Below, one piece after another: positions 20,422 through 29,122 of a stretch of 64,000 nt of DNA. How positions within the stretch are numbered: the first letter of the stretch is position 1; each line of letters begins with the position of its first letter. Both the position numbers and the translations under genes were made by a program. Source of the DNA: Blastocatellia bacterium (lineage in GTDB: Bacteria; Acidobacteriota; Blastocatellia; UBA7656; JADIYM01); NCBI GenBank assembly GCA_021463145.1, contig JAJTWZ010000010.1, forward strand, positions 6,766 through 70,765. Direction: 5' to 3'. The notes under the pieces were generated by a model, which worked only from the letters and a program-made list of their open reading frames with translations, had not been told where the DNA came from and did not search any database.

Positions 20422-20460
20422 GTGAACGCAATGTGAAATCCATGAGAACGATGCAGGAAA
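20422..20460 (-). promoter_or_regulatory. Candidate Pho box: four direct repeats at exact 11-bp spacing upstream of the porin-pstB-phoU-phoBR unit
   Basis: The plus strand reads GTGAAC (20422), GTGAAA (20433), GAGAAC (20444) and AGGAAA (20455). On the coding strand these are GTTCAC-like repeats oriented toward the porin start, about 145-185 bp upstream. The repeat unit is the same as upstream of pstS. Confidence 0.45.
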
Positions 20461-20543
20461 TTGGCAGGGGAGTGGCGCGACGTTCTCCTCGTGACCGGCA
20501 GGGAGTCCGGGCCGCTTCTGGCGTGATTCTTCGCCCGCGCCGT

Positions 20544-20825
20544 CTACTCGTCGGGATGTGTCCGCTTCCGGGCCACGCTGGACGGCCGGATCGTAGGATC
20601 GCGATCCTCCGGATGGAAGACGAAGCTGCTGGCTACGTATATTGCCGCGAATGCAGCCGCGCCGCAGCCGACTGCCCAGAGAAGGTGTCCGGCAGATGCG
20701 AGGTCGTAGGCGACGAGACCGACGATCAGGCCGGCCGCGGCAGCCAGGCATAGGTTCAGATGTCGCACGGTCCTTTTCCTTTTGGGGGCACTTCGGGAAT
20801 ACACGGACCGCCGCCGGAATGTCAA
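20544..20825 (-). CDS. Hypothetical small membrane protein
   Basis: The 93 aa ORF lies in a roughly 1 kb intergenic region. It has two hydrophobic segments (LCLAAAAGLIVGLVAY; AVGCGAAAFAAIYVASSFVF). No family was recognised, and it could be spurious in this high-GC DNA. Confidence 0.25.
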   Translation of the reverse strand: MTFRRRSVYSRSAPKRKRTVRHLNLCLAAAAGLIVGLVAYDLASAGHLLWAVGCGAAAFAAIYVASSFVFHPEDRDPTIRPSSVARKRTHPDE

Positions 20826-21304
20826 GGAAGGTCTCCCGGATGTCGTTGTAAAGAGCCTCGTCTACGTGCTCAGCAGTTCCCCGCGCGACTGCGGCGCACC
20901 CCCTCGGATGAAACGAGCAGCGTTACGGGTTCGCGGGCCATACTGAAGCGCCGGAGCAACGGTGTTTCCTGTCAACGTGGAAATGCCTCGAGTTTGGCTT
21001 CTCGGAAGGCCAGACTCGAAGCATTTCCGGCTTCACAGGAAAAAGCGTTGCTCTGGCGCCCCGGAACCGGCCTGTCGCTGCTGTGCACGGTGCCGCCTCC
21101 AGCGCCCCGGACCGGGCGGGACTCCAGGGATGCCGGCCCGGCTTCGTGCATTCGGCGCTCCGGAGGAGTTGCGTCCCAGGCGACCTCCTCCCGCCCTGGG
21201 GATACAGGGCATCCGCAACCGCGTCCGGTTCGAAATCCTACGCGCGGACCCTGTGCTACACTCGGGCACAGGGAGGCTTTCACCTCGTGGCACCGTCCGA
21301 TGTG

Positions 21305-21811
21305 ATGGGGATCATTCTGATTTTCGTGGCGCTCCTGATGTTCGCGCTCGAACTGAAAGCACCGGGACTCGGCGTACTCGGCGTTGCCGGCGTGATAGCG
21401 TTTGCAGGCGGGATGATCATGATTTTCGGCGCGAGTTGGGCGACGATGCCCGTAATTCTGGTTATCGCGCTCGCGTTTTCCGCGGTCCTCGCGTTCCTCT
21501 CCGTCCTCGCGCATCGCGCCCGCCGAAACAAAGTCGTGACGGGGAATTCGGGCATGGTCGGGCTCGAGGGACGAACCGAATCGGCGCTCGAACCCGATGG
21601 CCGCGTGCTCGTTCGCGGCGAATTGTGGGACGCCTGGTCGCCGGTTCGCCTGGAACGCGGGCAAGCCGTCCGGGTAACCGGCGTTCGAGGACTCAGGCTC
21701 GAGGTCGAGTCAGTCAGTCTTGGGCTTTGCGACGTCCAACCCGTTTCCGTGATCCAACTCGACGACGACGCTCGTGAACCCGCGCAGCGCACTTCCAGAG
21801 GTAAGCTATGA
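21305..21811 (+). CDS. NfeD-family membrane protein (short YuaF/YbbJ-like form with a C-terminal OB-fold)
   Basis: N-terminal transmembrane helices ([40 protein letters not shown]...) are followed by a beta-rich C-terminus. The gene is coupled to the SPFH gene downstream by a 4-nt overlap. The start is the ATG at 21305; the track ORF extends upstream to 21083. Confidence 0.7.
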   Translation: MGIILIFVALLMFALELKAPGLGVLGVAGVIAFAGGMIMIFGASWATMPVILVIALAFSAVLAFLSVLAHRARRNKVVTGNSGMVGLEGRTESALEPDGRVLVRGELWDAWSPVRLERGQAVRVTGVRGLRLEVESVSLGLCDVQPVSVIQLDDDAREPAQRTSRGKL

Positions 21812-22698
21812 ACTGGCTCTTCGTTCTCATGGTCGGAGTCGCTGTTTTCGGACTCTGGGTCTTTTCGGCCATCAAGGTTCTCGCGGAGTACGAGCGCGCC
21901 GTCGTGTTTCGACTCGGCCGGTTGCTCGAGCGACCGAAGGGACCGGGTCTCGCGTTCGTCTTCTGGCCGATCGACAGGATGGTGCGCGTTTCGCTTCGGA
22001 CGGTCGTGCTCGACGTTCCGCCACAAGACGTCATTACTCGCGATAACGTGACGGTCAGCGTCAATGCGGTGGTCTATTTCCGCGTGCTCGAGGCGAGCAA
22101 GGCCGTCGTCGAAGTCGAGAACTTCCTGTACGCGACTTCGCAACTCGCGCAGACGACCTTGCGGTCCGTGCTCGGCGAATACGAGCTCGACGACCTTCTC
22201 GCCAGTCGCGAGCAGCTCAACGAGCGCCTGCAGACAATCCTCGACCAGCATACCGATCCGTGGGGAATCAAGGTTTCCATGGTCGAAGTGAAGACGGTTG
22301 ATCTGCCTCAGACGATGCAGCGGGCGATGTCCAAGCAGGCGGAAGCCGAGCGCGAGAAGCGCGCGAAGATGATTCATGCCCAGGGTGAATTGAACGCTTC
22401 GCAAATGCTTGTCGAAGCGGCGAGCACGATTGCAGCGGAGCCAACGGCAATCCAGCTCCGGTATCTGCAAACCCTTGCCGAGCTCGGCGTGGAAAAGAAC
22501 ACGACGATCGTCTTCCCGCTTCCGATGGATCTCATCGAGGTATTCATGAAGCCCGGCACGACTCGTGCGGATCGCCGGACCAGTGCAGTCGCGCCGATAG
22601 CTGCGGAGGCGGTCCAGTTGACGCTGCAGCCGTCCGAGGCCGGCTATGTCGAGCCCGCGCGGCTTGCTGCCGACGCCGAGGAGCCAATCGAGCCCTGA
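21808..22698 (+). CDS. SPFH/band-7 (stomatin/prohibitin-like) domain protein
   Basis: An N-terminal membrane anchor is followed by an SPFH core ([12 protein letters not shown]...[20 protein letters not shown]...[21 protein letters not shown]) and a coiled-coil tail. The gene is paired with nfeD. Confidence 0.88.
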   Translation: MNWLFVLMVGVAVFGLWVFSAIKVLAEYERAVVFRLGRLLERPKGPGLAFVFWPIDRMVRVSLRTVVLDVPPQDVITRDNVTVSVNAVVYFRVLEASKAVVEVENFLYATSQLAQTTLRSVLGEYELDDLLASREQLNERLQTILDQHTDPWGIKVSMVEVKTVDLPQTMQRAMSKQAEAEREKRAKMIHAQGELNASQMLVEAASTIAAEPTAIQLRYLQTLAELGVEKNTTIVFPLPMDLIEVFMKPGTTRADRRTSAVAPIAAEAVQLTLQPSEAGYVEPARLAADAEEPIEP

Positions 22699-23132
22699 TG
22701 GGGGCTATTCGTATGCTTGGATCCCTCTCGAGCCGCGAACGTGCCGCGATCTACGCCTTTGGCGGAGGCGCTTTCTTTTTGCTGCTCGTCTTTGCGGCTG
22801 GCGCATTCATGGGGCGGCTCTCGGGACCGTCGCAGCCGGCTCCGCCAGTGGTAGAGGCATCGACGGCTGGGCCCGAGCAGGTCGAGACCGAGAGGTTCCT
22901 CGTCGAAGCCGGCAGCTTCGATTCACCTGCAACCGGAGAGGACACGTTGCTTCAACTCCGCCGGCAGTACACGAGCGCGTGGGGGGCGACCGATCCTGAC
23001 GACCGGCGTTATCACGTCTATGCCGGTCCCTATCTCTCGTCCGAAGCGGAGAAGGTGGCGTCCGAGTTGCGAGCGCGCGGACTCGAGAACGTGACTATCC
23101 GGCCCTACGCGCCGAAGTCGCCTGCCCGATAA
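22698..23132 (+). CDS. SPOR-domain (peptidoglycan-binding) membrane protein
   Basis: A transmembrane helix (AFFLLLVFAAGAFMG) is followed by a C-terminal SPOR-like domain (FLVEAGSFDSPATGEDTLLQLRR...YHVYAGPYLSSEAEKVASELRARG). The start overlaps the SPFH stop. Confidence 0.6.
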   Translation: MGAIRMLGSLSSRERAAIYAFGGGAFFLLLVFAAGAFMGRLSGPSQPAPPVVEASTAGPEQVETERFLVEAGSFDSPATGEDTLLQLRRQYTSAWGATDPDDRRYHVYAGPYLSSEAEKVASELRARGLENVTIRPYAPKSPAR

Positions 23133-23165
23133 AGCGATACTAGTTGCGCTGGCTCCGTCGCGGCC

Positions 23166-23927
23166 CTAGAAAAGCCTGGGAATGTAGACGTTGAGCATCT
23201 GCCGCCAGGTCGGCCAATCGTGCGCGATATCGTAGCCCCAAAGGTCGAGCTCGTTAGGCACGCCCTTGCTCCATAGAATCTCCGACATGCGGCGCGATTG
23301 GTCCGGCGCCTCGTAGGCTCCCTGGCCGCTTACGATGTGGATTCGGGTCTGACGAAGCTGGTTCAGGTACCAGTCGTCTTCCAGCCTTGGGATGTAATCG
23401 ACCGGATTGTTGAAGTAGACGTTGTCGTCGTAGTAGTCCTTGCAGTATCCGCGAAGGTCGTACGAGCCGCTCATCGCGATGAGCGTGTCGAACTGGTCCG
23501 GGTGCTTGAACACCGTGTTCGCTGCGTGGAAGGCCCCAAAGGACGCGCCCGTCGTCGCAATCCCGATTCCAGGCGTGCGGCAGTTGTCCCAGATGAAAGG
23601 AACGACCTCCTGCGTGACGTACCGGTCATATTCGACCTGCCGCCATGCGCGCTGGCCGGGATGCAGGTTGTCGTTGAGCCAGCTCTCGCGATTGATACTG
23701 TTGATCGAATAGACCTTCACGCGTCCCGAGTAAATGTGAGGCGCGATCGCGTCGATGAGTTGGAAACGCTCGTACTCCTCGAAATCGGCTGCGGCAGTAG
23801 GGAACAGAAGCAGCGGGGCGCCGAAGTCGCCATAAACAGCGATCGGCATTTCCTGATTGAGATTCGGGCTGTGCCAGTAGTGAACGTCTTTCTTCAAGAT
23901 GGTGCTCCGTACGACGGGGGATTCCAC
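23166..23927 (-). CDS. Esterase family protein (esterase D or enterochelin esterase-like alpha/beta hydrolase)
   Basis: The protein is 253 aa and carries a nucleophile-elbow-like GASFG motif with esterase-family flanks (IGIATTGASFGAFHAANTVFKHPDQF). Confidence 0.65.
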   Translation of the reverse strand: MESPVVRSTILKKDVHYWHSPNLNQEMPIAVYGDFGAPLLLFPTAAADFEEYERFQLIDAIAPHIYSGRVKVYSINSINRESWLNDNLHPGQRAWRQVEYDRYVTQEVVPFIWDNCRTPGIGIATTGASFGAFHAANTVFKHPDQFDTLIAMSGSYDLRGYCKDYYDDNVYFNNPVDYIPRLEDDWYLNQLRQTRIHIVSGQGAYEAPDQSRRMSEILWSKGVPNELDLWGYDIAHDWPTWRQMLNVYIPRLF

Positions 23928-24015
23928 GGCAAAGGCAGGCAGCGGTTATACCGACGCGATAGGGAAAAGGCAAGGAGTTGCCCTCGACGCGCTGGGTCCT
24001 ATGGCGGCAGCGGTT

Positions 24016-24100
24016 CAGTACCGCGAGCGGCAGCGAGCGGGTGGACCGTGATCAGGTGCGACGTTGAGGCAGTACCCGCTCGCTATCGCTCGCGGTACTG
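24016..24100 (-). other. Long near-perfect inverted repeat (27-nt arms, two mismatches) about 28 nt downstream of the rodZ stop
   Basis: The left arm is CAGTACCGCGAGCGGCAGCGAGCGGGT (24016-24042) and the right arm is ACCCGCTCGCTATCGCTCGCGGTACTG (24074-24100), separated by a loop of about 31 nt. No U-tract follows on either strand. Confidence 0.5.
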
Positions 24101-24127
24101 ACTTCGCCACGCCGGTCAACTGGCAGG

Positions 24128-24931
24128 TCAGTTGATCAGCAGATCCTTGGCCGTTTCGGGTGTGATCGTCAGCCGGCGGAGGACGATGCCGGTGTTGTCC
24201 GGAAAACGGGCGTTTTGACCGTTGATCTGCAATGCGATCGCGCGCGTGTTGCCGATGCTCAGGTCCACGGATTCGGTCGCGCGAATCATGGCTTCCTCTC
24301 CAATCTGCAGTTCCTTCTGCACCGGCTCGCCATTATCCGCGGTGTACTTCACCCAGCAGGTGTCTAGCGCCTTTAGCGTCACACGAATCTCTCCGTCGAC
24401 GACTTCAGGTTGGATTGAGACAGGCGATCCGCCCGGCGCCGCCGACGGTTCGGGATTGGGCTCGGCTTTGGGATTCTGCGACGGCCTGGTCACGGGCGCG
24501 ACCGCCGCAGGCTGCTGCGAGTATCTCCAGACGGCGTAAGCTCCGCCGATGAACACGACGGCGAGCAATCCCGCCACGATTGCGGCCGGCCAGAACCCGG
24601 CCGACGGCTCCTTGAACACGAACGGTTCGGCGTCGTCGAGCGGTGGCACGTCGGGATCGCAGACGGCGGCCTCTGCCCCCGTTTGCTGCTGATAGAGCGA
24701 CACGGCCTCGTCCTCGTCCATCTTGACGTACCTTGCGAACGCCTTGACGAACGATCGAGCATAAATGCCTTCGGGAAGGACACCGAACTCGTCGGCCTCG
24801 ATCGCTTTCAGGAAGCGAGTGCCGATCCGGGTGGATTCCGCGATTTCCGTCAGCGACAGGCCCAGTGCCTCGCGCCGACGCTTCAGTTCTTGTCCGAGCA
24901 TATTCAACGCCTCGACCGGAACGTCGGCCAT
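24128..24931 (-). CDS. rodZ: RodZ-like cytoskeleton protein (helix-turn-helix, transmembrane segment and C-terminal DUF4115-like domain)
   Basis: The N-terminus is an XRE-type helix-turn-helix (LGQELKRRREALGLSLTEIAESTRIGTRFLKAIEADEFGVLP). A single transmembrane helix and a Pro-rich linker follow, then a C-terminal beta-rich domain. Confidence 0.75.
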   Translation of the reverse strand: MADVPVEALNMLGQELKRRREALGLSLTEIAESTRIGTRFLKAIEADEFGVLPEGIYARSFVKAFARYVKMDEDEAVSLYQQQTGAEAAVCDPDVPPLDDAEPFVFKEPSAGFWPAAIVAGLLAVVFIGGAYAVWRYSQQPAAVAPVTRPSQNPKAEPNPEPSAAPGGSPVSIQPEVVDGEIRVTLKALDTCWVKYTADNGEPVQKELQIGEEAMIRATESVDLSIGNTRAIALQINGQNARFPDNTGIVLRRLTITPETAKDLLIN

Positions 24932-25158
24932 GCCGCCGGGCGTCGCTCACTTCGCCATGCGGTGCCTGTACTTCCTCTGGGCAATGACGGGGCCACCCAA
25001 ATACTAGTCCCGCTTCGCTTTAGTGTCAACTTTTCAGATTTGGAAGCGGTCCCCGGGCCAATCTTGCACATGGGTCCGGAGCTTTGGTAGCGTAGGGCTT
25101 CCCTCGGCAACGTCCTGTTCGCCCGCCGCGGCGAGACACACATAAGGAGACAGTCAGC

Positions 25159-25545
25159 ATGGCTATGGAAGCGCTCGGAATGGTCGAGACCAAGGGCTTC
25201 GTCGGTGCGGTCGAAGCCGCCGATGCGATGGTCAAGGCCGCGAACGTGATCCTCATCGGCAAGGAATACATCGGGTCGGGCTACGTGACCGTATTCGTTC
25301 GCGGTGACGTCGGTGCGGTAAAGGCCGCGACCGACGCCGGTGCGGCCGCAGCTCGACGCGTGGGCGAGCTCGTGAGCGTTCACGTCATTCCGCGGCCCCA
25401 CGTCGAGGTCGAGCGAGCCCTGGCGGCGCGAGGCATAGCGGTTCCGGCACACCTGGGAGCCGGAGCGGACAGGGCGCAGTTGACGGGCGGTGACGGCAGC
25501 CACTCGCTTCCGTCGACCGGCGCCAAGGATCGCGAGAAGAAGTAA
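25159..25545 (+). CDS. Bacterial microcompartment shell protein, BMC-H (PduA/EutM/CcmK family)
   Basis: The BMC-domain signature ([81 protein letters not shown]) is followed by a C-terminal tail of about 40 aa. An AAGGAGA ribosome-binding site precedes the start. Confidence 0.9.
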   Translation: MAMEALGMVETKGFVGAVEAADAMVKAANVILIGKEYIGSGYVTVFVRGDVGAVKAATDAGAAAARRVGELVSVHVIPRPHVEVERALAARGIAVPAHLGAGADRAQLTGGDGSHSLPSTGAKDREKK

Positions 25546-25650
25546 CACTCCACGCCGCGGTGTCCGTGCCGCGTAGCGCCGATGCTAGAGCTCCGAATGC
25601 GCGTGACGCACCGGGGCTCTTGTTCACCTGGCTGGGAAAGTGAGCCGCTA

Positions 25651-27366
25651 ATGCCGAACGACAAGGATCTCGAGTCGGTCCAGCAAGCGCGAAATCTCGT
25701 CGATGCGGCGCACGAGGCGCAGCAGCGCCTCGCCGGATTCGACCAGGCACGGATCGATCGCATTTGCGAGGCCATGTCAGCCGCCGGTCTCGCCGAGGCC
25801 GAGCGCCTCGGACTGCTTGCGCACGAGGAGACGGGATTCGGTATCCCGTCCGACAAGACCGTGAAGAACACGTTCGCGGCCGGCGACGTGCACGCATTCT
25901 TCAAGCCGATGCGGACGGTAGGGATCATCAGGCAGACCGAGACAATTCTGGAGATCGGGTCGCCGCGCGGCGTCGTGGCCGCCATCATCCCTTCCACGAA
26001 TCCGACGTCCACGGCAATCTTCAAGTGCCTGATCTCGATCAAGTCGCGAAACGGTGTGGTGTTGAGCCCGCATCCGAGTGCGGCTCGCTGCATCGCCGAG
26101 AGTGTCCGGATCATGTCCGAAGCCGCGGTCGCCGCAGGCGCGCCTCCCGGAATCATCGGGTGTATGACCGTTGCGACCGTTGAAGGCACCGAAGCGCTGA
26201 TGAAGCACAAGCGCACGGCAGTCATCCTCGCGACCGGCGGAATCGGACTCGTGCGCGCCGCTTACAGTTCCGGCAAGCCTGCATTCGGAGTCGGTCCCGG
26301 CAACGTGCCTGCCTATGTCGACGGCTCCGCGGACGTAAGCAAGGCGGCGCGCGACATCCTGACCGGCACCTGCTTCGACAACGGGACGATTTGCGCCTCT
26401 GAGCAGTCTGTCGTTGCGGACAGAGCCGTCGACGGTGCCCTCAGGGCAGCTTTCGAGGATCACGGGGCGCGCTTCCTGACCGCCGATGAAGCAGAGAAGC
26501 TGACCAGGGTCGTCGCGACTGGCACGAATGCGCTCAACCCGAAGGTCGTAGGGAAGCCCGCCAGGGTTATCGCGGAGATGGCCGGCATATCGTTGCCCGA
26601 CGGTGTCCGCTGCATGATCGCGGAGGTCGCGGGAGTCGGTCGCGACTATCCGCTCTCGATGGAGAAGCTCTCTCCGATCCTCACTTACTACACTGTCGAC
26701 GGGACGGCCGACGGCGTCGAGCTCTGCCAGAAAGTATTGCAATATGGCGGGATGGGCCATACCGCTTCGATCCATTCGCGCAAGCGGGATGTGATCGAGT
26801 TTTACGGCGAGCGCATCCCCGCGTCGCGAGTCATCGTGAACTCTCCGTCCACACACGGCGCCATCGGCTTCTCGACGGATCTGGAGCCGAGCATGACGCT
26901 GGGGTGCGGAAGCTGGGGTGGCAACGTTACGTCGGACAACATCTCGCCCTGGCACCTGATGGACATCAAGCGCATCGCGTTCGAGACGCGCGAGGTCGTT
27001 CCGAATGCCGCGCCGAAACCCGTGGCCAAGCGACCGGCCGCGACGTCGATTTCGCCGGCCCTCGCGGCGGCGCCGATCGAACGTGCCGACATCGCATCGC
27101 TCGTCGACCGCTTCATCGCCGAGCGCCGCAGCGAGGCTCCGCCGGCAGAGCCGGCACCGGCCGCGGCGCCCGCGGCTGCACCGGCCGCGACGTCGGAGCC
27201 AGCGCCCCCCGCACTGGCACCGGGACCTGCGTCCGAGTTCGTCTGCGAGGACGACGTCCGCCGCGCCATCAACGAGGGCCGCAAGATTCCGATCGATGCA
27301 AAGACCATCATCACGCCGGCTGCCCGTGAGCTCGGCGACGCGCGCGACGTCTTCGCGCGCCGGTAG
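25651..27366 (+). CDS. CoA-acylating aldehyde dehydrogenase (PduP/EutE-like) with a C-terminal Ala/Pro-rich linker and an encapsulation-peptide-like helix
   Basis: The aldehyde dehydrogenase core spans residues about 1-460 ([31 protein letters not shown]...CASEQS...GCGSWGGN). A linker of about 70 aa follows ([23 protein letters not shown]...[32 protein letters not shown]), then an amphipathic segment ([31 protein letters not shown]). The start is the ATG at 25651; the track ORF begins at 25582. Confidence 0.88.
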   Translation: MPNDKDLESVQQARNLVDAAHEAQQRLAGFDQARIDRICEAMSAAGLAEAERLGLLAHEETGFGIPSDKTVKNTFAAGDVHAFFKPMRTVGIIRQTETILEIGSPRGVVAAIIPSTNPTSTAIFKCLISIKSRNGVVLSPHPSAARCIAESVRIMSEAAVAAGAPPGIIGCMTVATVEGTEALMKHKRTAVILATGGIGLVRAAYSSGKPAFGVGPGNVPAYVDGSADVSKAARDILTGTCFDNGTICASEQSVVADRAVDGALRAAFEDHGARFLTADEAEKLTRVVATGTNALNPKVVGKPARVIAEMAGISLPDGVRCMIAEVAGVGRDYPLSMEKLSPILTYYTVDGTADGVELCQKVLQYGGMGHTASIHSRKRDVIEFYGERIPASRVIVNSPSTHGAIGFSTDLEPSMTLGCGSWGGNVTSDNISPWHLMDIKRIAFETREVVPNAAPKPVAKRPAATSISPALAAAPIERADIASLVDRFIAERRSEAPPAEPAPAAAPAAAPAATSEPAPPALAPGPASEFVCEDDVRRAINEGRKIPIDAKTIITPAARELGDARDVFARR

Positions 27367-27375
27367 GAACCGCTC

Positions 27376-27711
27376 ATGTTTCTCGGGCACGTCGTCGGCA
27401 CCGTCTGGTCCACCAAGAAGACCCCGAACCTCGAGGGCATCAAGTTCCTCATCGTGCACCCGTACAACCTCAACAAGGAGCCGGGCACGGACATCGTCGT
27501 CGTGGCCGATCGTCTTGGCGCCGGCATCGGCGAAACGGTGATCTGCGCCTACGGGAAGGCGGCCCGTTCGGCGATCGGCGATCAGGATATGTCGATCGAA
27601 GCGGCTGTCGTCGGAATCGTCGACAGAATGGATCTTCAGGACTGCGGCTCGGACGATACCGTCGAAGCGGCGCGCCGCCTTCGGTCCGCGGGCGAGGGAG
27701 GCGCTGTCTGA
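27376..27711 (+). CDS. Bacterial microcompartment vertex protein, BMC-P (EutN/PduN/CcmL family)
   Basis: The sequence matches the EutN/CcmL pattern throughout (MFLGHVVGTVWSTKKTPNLEGIKFLIVHP...VVVADRLGAGIGETVICAYGKAARSAIGD...AAVVGIVD). It starts 9 nt after the aldehyde dehydrogenase stop. Confidence 0.88.
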   Translation: MFLGHVVGTVWSTKKTPNLEGIKFLIVHPYNLNKEPGTDIVVVADRLGAGIGETVICAYGKAARSAIGDQDMSIEAAVVGIVDRMDLQDCGSDDTVEAARRLRSAGEGGAV

Positions 27712-28673
27712 TGGCGAAGCGACGAACGACTGCTCCGCTCACCTCGGACGAACTGCAGGAACACCTGGTCGACATCTCTCCAGACGAGGTGCTCGAGCGG
27801 TTCGACGAGATTTTCGGACGGGACATCGATCTTCCGGAATCCCTTGAAGAGCTCTTGTCGCTCGACGACTACGTCGACTCGGAGTTGCGGGAGATGTTCC
27901 AGTCGATCATTGCTCAATATATGCGGCCGATCGAGTATGCGATCGAGCAGATTGGCGCCGGCGAGGCGACGCGGCGGACGGCCGAGGAAGCGGTCGAGGC
28001 GCTTCGTCCCATACGCGAGGCCTCCGAGTCGCTCGAGTACGACGACATCACGGAGATCCTCATCCGGATCGAGCAGCCGCTCGCCGAGTTTGCGAACGGC
28101 ACGAAGCGGAAGCTCATCAAGCGTGACATCACTGAGTTGAACGACGCCTGGAAACAGCTCGGCATGCTCCTCAGGCGCGAGTCCGATCGCGACGCGTCGC
28201 TGCCGACCTTGCTCTCGCTTGGAGGGCTGCCGCGCTACCTCGACGGCGTGACGACGGCACAGGTTCGCAGCCTGCGTGCGGCGGGCATAACGTCGCTCAA
28301 CGATCTCGCGGACGCGCCGGTCGAAGACATCATGGCCGTCGCCGGGCTGTCGCGCACGAGCGCCGAGCGGATCAGGGCCTTCTCGGCGGGGTCGGTGTCG
28401 GTCGCGGCGGCGGAGAATCGCGTCGGCTCGTCGGGGAAGCTTCCCGACGGCTGGATGCGCCTCGACATCGAGAGCGACACATTCCGCGGGCGAATCACCT
28501 TCGAGTACGCATCGATCGCGAAGTACCTCGAGCCGATCCTTGCGAAGCTCTCCGAAGACGGAAAGAAATCCCGCGTCGCGAAGCCGAAGTCCCGTCGAAC
28601 GACGAAGCCGCTCGTTTCGCAGCCCAAGCCCGCGCCGCGCGCGAAGCGCAGTCCCAGGAAAGCCACGACATGA
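27711..28673 (+). CDS. Hypothetical protein in the BMC operon: acidic helical N-terminus, helix-hairpin-helix-like motif and strongly basic C-terminal tail
   Basis: The 320 aa ORF is coupled to the BMC-P gene by a TGATG overlap. A helix-hairpin-helix-like segment is LRAAGITSLNDLADAPVEDIMAVAGLSRTSAERI. The tail is Lys/Arg/Pro-rich (KKSRVAKPKSRRTTKPLVSQPKPAPRAKRSPRKATT). No family was recognised. Confidence 0.6.
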   Translation: MAKRRTTAPLTSDELQEHLVDISPDEVLERFDEIFGRDIDLPESLEELLSLDDYVDSELREMFQSIIAQYMRPIEYAIEQIGAGEATRRTAEEAVEALRPIREASESLEYDDITEILIRIEQPLAEFANGTKRKLIKRDITELNDAWKQLGMLLRRESDRDASLPTLLSLGGLPRYLDGVTTAQVRSLRAAGITSLNDLADAPVEDIMAVAGLSRTSAERIRAFSAGSVSVAAAENRVGSSGKLPDGWMRLDIESDTFRGRITFEYASIAKYLEPILAKLSEDGKKSRVAKPKSRRTTKPLVSQPKPAPRAKRSPRKATT

Positions 28674-29122
28674 CCGAAGAGCAGATCATCTACGAGATCA
28701 CGAAGGCCGTCTTCAACCGCCTCGGCACGTCCGTCGAGCGATCGACGGTCGAGGATCTCGTCGCCGACGTGTATCGCGCGGTGCGACCTGCGGTGGCGGC
28801 CGGACCGGGCGCCGCCGCCGCTGCTGCGCCGCGCGACGAACGCGGTTCGCAGGATCGCGTGATCATCTCGGTCTTCGGGCTCGACCGGCCAGGCATCGTG
28901 TCGGCCGTGAGCTCGGTGCTTGCCGACGCCGACTGTTCGATCGTCGACATCAACCAGACGGTGGTGGGCGGGAAGTTCGCGATGGTGCTCGTGGCCGACA
29001 GCCGCCGTTCGACAACGGGCGTGGCCGAACTGAAGGACCGGTTCCGCGAGGCCGGACAGCGGCTCGGTGTGAACATCTACGCCCAGCGGGAAGACCTCTT
29101 CATCGCGATGCACCGCGTCTGA
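28670..29122 (+). CDS. ACT-domain protein with an N-terminal amphipathic-helix extension and Ala/Pro/Gly linker (possible BMC cargo or regulator)
   Basis: The ACT-like fold spans RVIISVFGLDRPGIVSAVSSVLADADCSIVDINQTVVGGKFAMVLVADS. The N-terminus has amphipathic helices (EEQIIYEITKAVFNRLG, VEDLVADVYRAV) followed by a linker (PAVAAGPGAAAAAAP). The gene is coupled to the upstream gene by an ATGA overlap. Confidence 0.65.
   Translation: MTEEQIIYEITKAVFNRLGTSVERSTVEDLVADVYRAVRPAVAAGPGAAAAAAPRDERGSQDRVIISVFGLDRPGIVSAVSSVLADADCSIVDINQTVVGGKFAMVLVADSRRSTTGVAELKDRFREAGQRLGVNIYAQREDLFIAMHRV

Noticed and set aside
25777-27527. Long antisense ORFs (560 aa and 241 aa) across the aldehyde dehydrogenase gene
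   Set aside because: They lie opposite a gene with clear aldehyde dehydrogenase motifs and have Arg/Gly-rich low-complexity translations.
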